Part shown: piece after piece, positions 59,522 to 64,000 of the stretch
How the letters are laid out: each line of letters starts with the position of its first letter
Position numbering within the stretch: position 1 is the stretch's first letter
The notes under the pieces: generated by a model
Seen by the model: only the letters and a program-made list of their open reading frames with translations
Database searches by the model: none
Told to the model about the DNA's origin: nothing
Translations under genes and position numbers: made by a program
Assembly (NCBI GenBank): GCA_039028615.1
Contig: JBCCHT010000051.1
Span: forward strand, 28,959 to 92,958
Direction: 5' to 3'
DNA from: Myxococcota bacterium
Lineage (GTDB): Bacteria > Myxococcota_A > Polyangia > Nannocystales > Nannocystaceae
DNA length: 64,000 nt

Positions 59522-60865
59522 ATGACTCGGAGCGCTGCAACGAACTCGAGGCGACTACTCCTGGCATGCGCCGCCACCCTGGCCGTGGGATGTACGAGCG
59601 ACGGCGATGGCAATGGCGGCGGCGACGGCGAGACCGGCGCTGACACGAGCAGCACGGGGGCGACCACGGGCGATCCGGGCATGAGCATCGAGCTTCGGCC
59701 CGACCTGTGCGACGACCCGGCCAACGCCGCACTGGTCGAGGGACTGCTGGCGGCCGGCAACGAGGAGGACCCCTCGTACGGACAGCGCAATCCCGAGCAG
59801 CTCGAGCGCATGCTCGAAGACCCCCTGCGCGGACCCTTCTACATGGTCAACCTGATCCGCTACCGCGAGCACGCGGTGTACCCGGACGGGCGCGACAGCG
59901 ATCTGTCGGGCGAGGAGGCCAATGCTCTTTATGCGCCGCTCGAGTTTCTCGAGGCCATCGGGGCCAACGTCGTCTTCACGGGCCCGGTGACGGACACGAC
60001 CTTCGGAGCAGCCGGAGAGTGGGACGACGTCTCGATCGTGGAGTACCCGTGCCCGCTGGCGCTGTTCGCCATGGGGGCCGACCCCGAGTTCCAAGAGCGC
60101 GCCATTCACAAAGATGCGGGGCTGGAAGCTTCGTTCGTGATGGTCACGCATCGCCGAGAACTCGGTGAGGTCGGCCAGGTCGATGATCCCTGGCCGACCA
60201 CGGCCGAGGACCCATCCTTCGAGCACGTGCAGGTGGTGCGACGCAGCGAGCTCGCCGACTACGGCGCCGATGCAGGGGAACCCGAACGCAGCGGTGAGGA
60301 AGCTCTCGGCCTCTACGCCCAGGCCTTCGATGCCGCGGGCCCGTCCCATGGCGTGCTGCCCCGGGCGCGTCTCGACGTGCAGGGGGTCTTCGTCGGCGAC
60401 GGCCGCGACTGGCACGAGGTCTGGATCGACTACGCCCCCAGCAGCGCGGCATGGGGCGCACTCAACGAAGACCCTGGAGTCGTCGAGGCGCGGCACCATT
60501 TCGACGCCGCTGTGCAAGAGGGCTACGGGCTGGCGGTTCAACCCGTCCTCTCGATGATCCCCGGAGCGGCCGAGGGAGGCGGCGGCGGCGGCACTCCGGT
60601 CACGCCCGATGGAACGGGCACCCCCTGCGAAGTGGATGCGGACTGCCCCGGCGACGGGGTCGACACCTGCCTCAACCCCGACGGCCAAGGAGGCTTTTGC
60701 ACCCGCGAAGGCTGCGGCTCTGGAGAGTGCGAGGACCCCTACGTCTGCTGCCGCGACTGCAGCGAGGCCATCGCGCCCATGCTCCCCTTCGACGGCGCCG
60801 CGTGCTTGCCCAGCGCCGCCGCCGAGCAGCTGAGCCAAGCGCCCGCCTCGTGCACCTGCGACTGA
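59522..60865 (+). CDS. Lipoprotein with two DUF1330-like domains and a Cys-rich C-terminus
   Basis: AVGC lipobox; MVNLIRYREHAVYPDG...SGEEANALY...WDDVSIVEYP; a degenerate second copy SGEEALGLY...WHEVWIDYAPS; CEVDADC...FCTREGC tail. Confidence 0.75.
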   Translation: MTRSAATNSRRLLLACAATLAVGCTSDGDGNGGGDGETGADTSSTGATTGDPGMSIELRPDLCDDPANAALVEGLLAAGNEEDPSYGQRNPEQLERMLEDPLRGPFYMVNLIRYREHAVYPDGRDSDLSGEEANALYAPLEFLEAIGANVVFTGPVTDTTFGAAGEWDDVSIVEYPCPLALFAMGADPEFQERAIHKDAGLEASFVMVTHRRELGEVGQVDDPWPTTAEDPSFEHVQVVRRSELADYGADAGEPERSGEEALGLYAQAFDAAGPSHGVLPRARLDVQGVFVGDGRDWHEVWIDYAPSSAAWGALNEDPGVVEARHHFDAAVQEGYGLAVQPVLSMIPGAAEGGGGGGTPVTPDGTGTPCEVDADCPGDGVDTCLNPDGQGGFCTREGCGSGECEDPYVCCRDCSEAIAPMLPFDGAACLPSAAAEQLSQAPASCTCD

Positions 60866-60880
60866 GGGAGGGCCCCTGGC

Positions 60881-61708
60881 TCAGGACGCCCCCGGGCTCG
60901 GCGAGCGACCGGTGACCGGCGTGGGTGCATCCAGCAGAGGGCGGGCGGTGATCTGCTCGTAGTACCCCTCGTAGTCGGCGTAGATCGTGCCCATCCACCG
61001 ATCCCACCAGGTGAAGTAAGGCGCGTAGTTACAGCGCGAGCGCTGGTGGTGCAGGTTGTGGAAGGTCGAGGTCGCCAACCACCGCGTGACGGGATTGCGC
61101 GCGAACCACCGCGGCATCACCTCGTAGCCGAGGTGCAGGTAGACGTTGGCGAGGGTCATGAAGGCCAAGAAGATCGCCACCGCCCACAAGTGCAGCGGGA
61201 GGAAGACCGCCATCAGCGGGAGATAGACGCCATGGATCACGCCTTCGACCGCGTCGACCGAGTAGGCGGTGAAGGGGCTGGGGTTCACCGATCGGTGGTG
61301 CACCGCGTGCATGCGCCGAAACAGCGACTTGCGGTGAATGAGCCGATGGGTCCAGTAGGTGTAGGCATCGTGGCCGACGATGAGCAGCGCCACGGTGAAC
61401 GCGAAGTAGCCCCAGCCGTGGGCGCCCGGGTCGTCGTAGATCTGCATGAACCCCAGCGGGCGCAGCACCGACATCACCGTGGTTGCGGACACGATCGCCA
61501 GAAGGCCGATCACCGAGTGACCGACGTCGTAGGCGATCTTCTTGCGCGCCGGGAACTTGGCCTGGATTCGGCGGTGGCCGAGGCGCTCGCGAAGCACGAC
61601 CCAGAACACGACGAACGCGACGCTGGTCGCGGCGAAGTAGCGGAGGGACGAGGTCAACAGGACGTCGAGGCCGTAGGCGCCTCGGTCGAGGAGGAGTGCG
61701 TAGTCCAT
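60881..61708 (-). CDS. Sterol desaturase / fatty-acid hydroxylase family (ERG3-like)
   Basis: HDAYTYWTHRLIH, MHAVHHRS, YLHLGYE, FHNLHH, NYAPYFTWWDRWMGT. Confidence 0.9.
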   Translation of the reverse strand: MDYALLLDRGAYGLDVLLTSSLRYFAATSVAFVVFWVVLRERLGHRRIQAKFPARKKIAYDVGHSVIGLLAIVSATTVMSVLRPLGFMQIYDDPGAHGWGYFAFTVALLIVGHDAYTYWTHRLIHRKSLFRRMHAVHHRSVNPSPFTAYSVDAVEGVIHGVYLPLMAVFLPLHLWAVAIFLAFMTLANVYLHLGYEVMPRWFARNPVTRWLATSTFHNLHHQRSRCNYAPYFTWWDRWMGTIYADYEGYYEQITARPLLDAPTPVTGRSPSPGAS

Positions 61709-61824
61709 GAAACCGCCGCGAAAAGGGCTGCATCATGGGGGTGTCCACCGGACCCGAGGTTTTTCGCCTCGACCTCGGAAAAACTGAATTTCTTCGAATT
61801 TCGCCCGCTCGTGGCGCGCTGGGC

Positions 61825-62793
61825 CTAGCAGGGCAGCACGTCGAGTAGGGCGCGGCGCATGTCGGCCGCGCTGGCGAAACGATCGGCGGGGTCCTTGGCG
61901 CAGGCCTTGGTGAAGACCACGTCGAGGCCGCAGCGGATCGCGACGGGCAGCTCGCTCGGCAGGAAGTGGCCGGGCTGGGGGGGCATCTGGTGACAGTGCG
62001 CCTGGATCAGCGCATCGGTCGGCCCGTCGAGGAGCTCTTGGAAGGGATGGCGCCCGGTGACGACCTCGAACAGGCTCATGCCCGCCGCGTAGACATCGGT
62101 ACGAGCATCGGGGACGACTCCGCCCACCGCTTGCTCGGGCGCCACGTAGCGCGGGTCACCACAGCGCTCGGTCATCGTCTCGTCGTTTCGACGCAGGTCA
62201 CACGCGACGCCGAAGTCGAGCAGCTTGGCCGAGACCCGAGTGCCGTGGGTCTCGCGGCTGACGAAGATGTTGGCCGGCTTGACGTCGCGATGAATGACCC
62301 CGTGACGGTGGGCATGGGAGAGGGCATCGAGCACGCCGTCGAAGACCTGACCGACGAGCGTCAACGAGAAGCGCAGGCCACGACGACGAGCCCCGCCGAG
62401 CAGACGCTCGAGGTCCTTGCCCGGCAGGTACTCCATGGCGAACCACTCGAGGCCTTCGTCGGGCAAGACGCCGAGGTCGAAGATCCGCACGAGGTTGGGG
62501 TGGCACAGGCGAGCGCCGAACAGCGCCTCTTGCCGGAAGCAGCGGCGGGCCAGCGCGGGCAGACCCGGCTTCATCACCTTGAGGGCGACATCCCGCTCCA
62601 GCACCGGATCGTAGGCCCGATACACGGTACCCATCCCGCCCTCGCCGAGGGTCTCGGTCATCCGATACTGCTTGGAGTGGATGACGAGCTTGCGCGGGTC
62701 CGTACGAGGGCTCTCGTCGGTTCCGACGGCAAAGGGCTGGGTGACCCGAGCGTCGGCGTCGTGCTTTTGGGCGACGGCATCCATCGCGGGCAC
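61825..62793 (-). CDS. Cytoplasmic Ser/Thr protein kinase (kinase domain only)
   Basis: LGEGGMGTVY, VALK, HRDVKPANI, DFGVA, GDPRYVAPE, DVYAAG. Confidence 0.9.
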   Translation of the reverse strand: MPAMDAVAQKHDADARVTQPFAVGTDESPRTDPRKLVIHSKQYRMTETLGEGGMGTVYRAYDPVLERDVALKVMKPGLPALARRCFRQEALFGARLCHPNLVRIFDLGVLPDEGLEWFAMEYLPGKDLERLLGGARRRGLRFSLTLVGQVFDGVLDALSHAHRHGVIHRDVKPANIFVSRETHGTRVSAKLLDFGVACDLRRNDETMTERCGDPRYVAPEQAVGGVVPDARTDVYAAGMSLFEVVTGRHPFQELLDGPTDALIQAHCHQMPPQPGHFLPSELPVAIRCGLDVVFTKACAKDPADRFASAADMRRALLDVLPC

Positions 62794-63760
62794 CGTCGCT
62801 CAAACGGAGGCATGCGGCTAAAAATCGACGGAAAACGGAGAGTTAGATGTAGGCAGAGGTGGGTTGGAGCCGGGGGAGGGGGCCGCGCTGGTCAGGGCGG
62901 TTACCACGGGTGCGACGCCATGCCCGATCGGCGCAGCGCTCGAGGTCGAGGGTTCCATTTTGATGCCCGTCGGCTCGGGCGGCGCCCGGACCAGAGGTTT
63001 CGTGATCGGGGCCGCCACACTTGGGCGAGCGGAACCATGACGATCTCGCCCGGCCGCATGCCCCAACGCTCGAGCTCGATTCTTCGCCCGCGGACAGTCC
63101 GATTGACCGAGCAGTCAGTCGATGCCTTCGACGATCGGCACGTGGCCGCTCGAGGAAACCAACGGCTCGGCCGACAGTGGTCCGAACCGATGTCGATCGC
63201 TCGCGACCACACGGAGTCGGGAACCTCGTGGGTGCCCATCGGTGTAATGAGCCGAGCGGTGAATTTTTTCTGGATTTCATTCACCCGAATTTGGGCCCGC
63301 GGTGCTCTCGTACGACGCACGCGGGATTGCATCCTGCGCTTGATTTTCCCATGAAACGACTCGAACGAGACGACGGGCGACTAGAGCAAGCGACACTTCG
63401 CGGCTTATTGAACGGCCACCGACCCGCATGATCCAGCCCACGGTCAATTGACCCCACAATTGACAATCGCCACAAGCGCCCACGGCATTCGTCGTCTACG
63501 ATAGCGACACTTCGACGGTCGAGGCTCCGTCCCCGAATCCAACGTGCTCCCACTTTGGATTTGCCTCGCCGAGTCGGCCCACAATCATCATAAAAAATTC
63601 GCGTCCCATCGAATATTCGAGGGGACGCGAAGGTCGAGGCAGCGGCTCCGTCCCTCGCTCCATTTCTTCGACCTCCGCTCGACGGATCTACGCAGTTTCG
63701 TACAGATCCCTCCCGTGAGCCCGTATTCGGCTCGTGCGGGGGTATTCCGCGCGAGTCGCT

Positions 63761-63837
63761 CATGAACCGCCCCTATGCCCATGAACCCCTCACCCCATGC
63801 CCCCACTATGAACCCGTCCCCCTATGAACCCCTCACC
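63761..63837. repeat. Imperfect short repeats (atgaacc core, 4 copies)
   Basis: atgaaccgcccct, atgaacccctcacc, atgaacccgtcccct, atgaacccctcacc. Confidence 0.6.
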
Positions 63838-64000
63838 TCGGTCGCATTCCCTCGTCTCGTGTAGATCCCACTTCAACCGATCACTACACGATTCAATGCA
63901 ACATTTTGCTTAGCTTGTCTCTCTAAGGTCGTTGCGAGCCCTCCGGGGCTCTAACAGGCAACCGCTCATAGTCATCACTCGCTGCCCCACTATGGGCGAG

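Overview
High-GC window that looks myxobacterial, probably Nannocystaceae-like (inferred from Cys-rich lipoproteins, a MYXO-CTERM-type tail, three Ser/Thr kinases, an ECF/anti-sigma triad and a STAND adenylate cyclase). It holds about 48 protein-coding genes. I saw no rRNA, tRNA, CRISPR array or transposase. Main points: (1) A five-gene dlt-like acyl-transfer operon at 30616-37546: a Trm112/methyltransferase-like/adenylation fusion, an adenylation-ACP fusion, a DltD/SGNH-like protein, an MBOAT, and a 45-aa DltX-like peptide ending FRYLDI that is missing from the ORF track. (2) A ~175-bp dispersed repeat with self-complementary ends, in head-to-head clusters at 3.1-4.5 kb and 37.6-40.9 kb. Each cluster has a strand-specific G/T versus C/A compositional halo that follows element orientation rather than gene orientation. 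(3) An operon of fatty-acid desaturase, STAND adenylate cyclase and Lcp/MpaB-like oxygenase, divergent from a geranylgeranyl-reductase-like gene. (4) An identically spaced ECF promoter-like motif before the ECF sigma gene and before a TSP3 lipoprotein gene. All calls come from motif reading by eye; no database search was run.
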